Below, piece by piece: positions 62,910 to 64,000 of a stretch of DNA of 64,000 bases. Under the pieces are notes generated by a model. The model did not search any database and had not been told where the DNA came from. It saw only the letters and a program-made list of their open reading frames with translations. The translations under genes and the position numbers were made by a program. Source of the DNA: Sphyrna mokarran (Eukaryota); NCBI GenBank assembly GCA_024679065.1, contig JAGIQG010000009.1, positions 85,932,001 through 85,996,000 of the forward strand. The letters are read 5' to 3'. Position 1 is the first letter of the stretch; each line of letters opens with the position of its first letter.

Positions 62910-63242
62910 AATCATAGAATCCTACAGTGCAGAAGGAGGCCATATGGCTATAAGCCTGCACCAACAACAACCCCACCCAGCCCCTATCTCTGTAACCCTA
63001 CGTATTTACCCTGCTAATCCCCTAATCTACACATCTTGGGACACTAAGGGGCAATTTAGCATGGCCAATCAACCTAACCCGCACATCTTTGGACTGTGGA
63101 AGGAAATTGAAGCACCAAAAGGAAACCCACACAGACACGGGGAGAATATGCAAACTCAACACAGTCACCCCAGGACGGAATTGAATCTGGGTTGCTGGCG
63201 TTGTGAGATAGCAGTGCCAGCCACCCTACAATTGTGCCACCC
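62910..63242 (-). mobile_element. HE1-type SINE
   Basis: Reverse complement of head, V-domain and tail. Confidence 0.85.
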
Positions 63243-63319
63243 TTTCAACCTTTTTAGGATTAAATTCCATCTGCCACTTATATACCCAGTTTACTATTCC
63301 ATCTATACCTTCTATACCT

Positions 63320-63908
63320 TAGAATAGGGAGGTTCGGTTGCAGCTGTATAGGGTGCTGGTGAGGCCGCAGCTGGAGTACTGTTTGCCGCATTTGAGGAAG
63401 GATATATTGGCCTTGGAGGGGGTACAGAGAAGGTTTATTAGGCTGATATTGAGGGCGTTGGAATATGAGGAGAGACTGAAAAGGCTAGGTTTGTACTCTT
63501 TGGAGTTTAGAAGGCAGAGAGGGGATCTTATGGGGGCACATAAGATAATGAAGGGGATGGATAGGGTAGAGGTTGAGAGACTCTTCCCACTTAACAAAGG
63601 TAGCAGGACTAGAGGGCACAACCTCAAGATTGGGGGGGGGGGTGGTTGCGGTTCAGATCAGAGTTGCGGAGGAGTTTCTTCACGCAAAGGGTGGTGAATC
63701 TTTGGAATTCTCTGCCTGATGAGGTGGTGGAGGCTTCCTCGTTGAATATATTCAAGTCAAGAGTGGATAGGTTTTTGATTAAGGGTTACGGGGAGAAAGA
63801 GGGAAAGTGGTACTGAAACTCTACAGATCAGCCATGATCTTATTGAATGGCGGGGCAGGCTCAAGGGGCTAGATGGCCTATTCCTGCTCCTATTTCTTAT
63901 GTTCTTGC
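63320..63908 (+). mobile_element. CR1 3' fragment nested in an older antisense CR1 (about 62240-64000)
   Basis: ORF 63338-63697; related to 46078-46560. Confidence 0.88.
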
Positions 63909-64000
63909 AGCCCAAGACAGACCACTTCATCGTTAACCATCCAGCTGATCTTTGTGTCATCTGCAAATTTCCTAACTCCACATCTATGTTGTTTATATAA

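Noticed and set aside
1-64000. Prokaryotic systems (CRISPR array, retron, operons)
   Set aside because: No regularly spaced repeat-spacer array is present, the RTs are vertebrate non-LTR or Penelope type, and the gene present has spliceosomal introns.

Overview
Repeat-dense vertebrate genomic DNA, very probably from an elasmobranch (shark or ray): it is full of HE1-type V-SINEs and CR1/HER1-type LINEs. The only host gene I can reconstruct is a complete 7-exon MHC class I heavy-chain gene on the + strand (about 13260-32521: leader, alpha1, alpha2, alpha3, TM, two cytoplasmic exons). It is a pseudogene, with frameshifts, stop codons, a lost alpha2 cysteine, a mutated splice site and a CR1 inserted in the alpha2 exon. 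It still has a recognisable kB / ISRE-like / X1-X2-Y promoter. The rest is nested retroelements: several CR1 subfamilies, Rex1/Babar-like, Tx1-like and L2-like LINEs, Penelope-like elements with minimal hammerhead ribozymes, and probable solo LTRs. The most unusual signal is a CR1 lineage (6 copies) whose long 3' UTR carries a captured tRNA-derived V-SINE, preceded by a roughly 120-nt segment that folds into a multi-stem RNA structure with compensatory changes between subfamilies. Nearly all long ORFs in the track are CR1 ORF2 fragments or their antisense shadows. Boundaries of old repeats are approximate and were read by eye.
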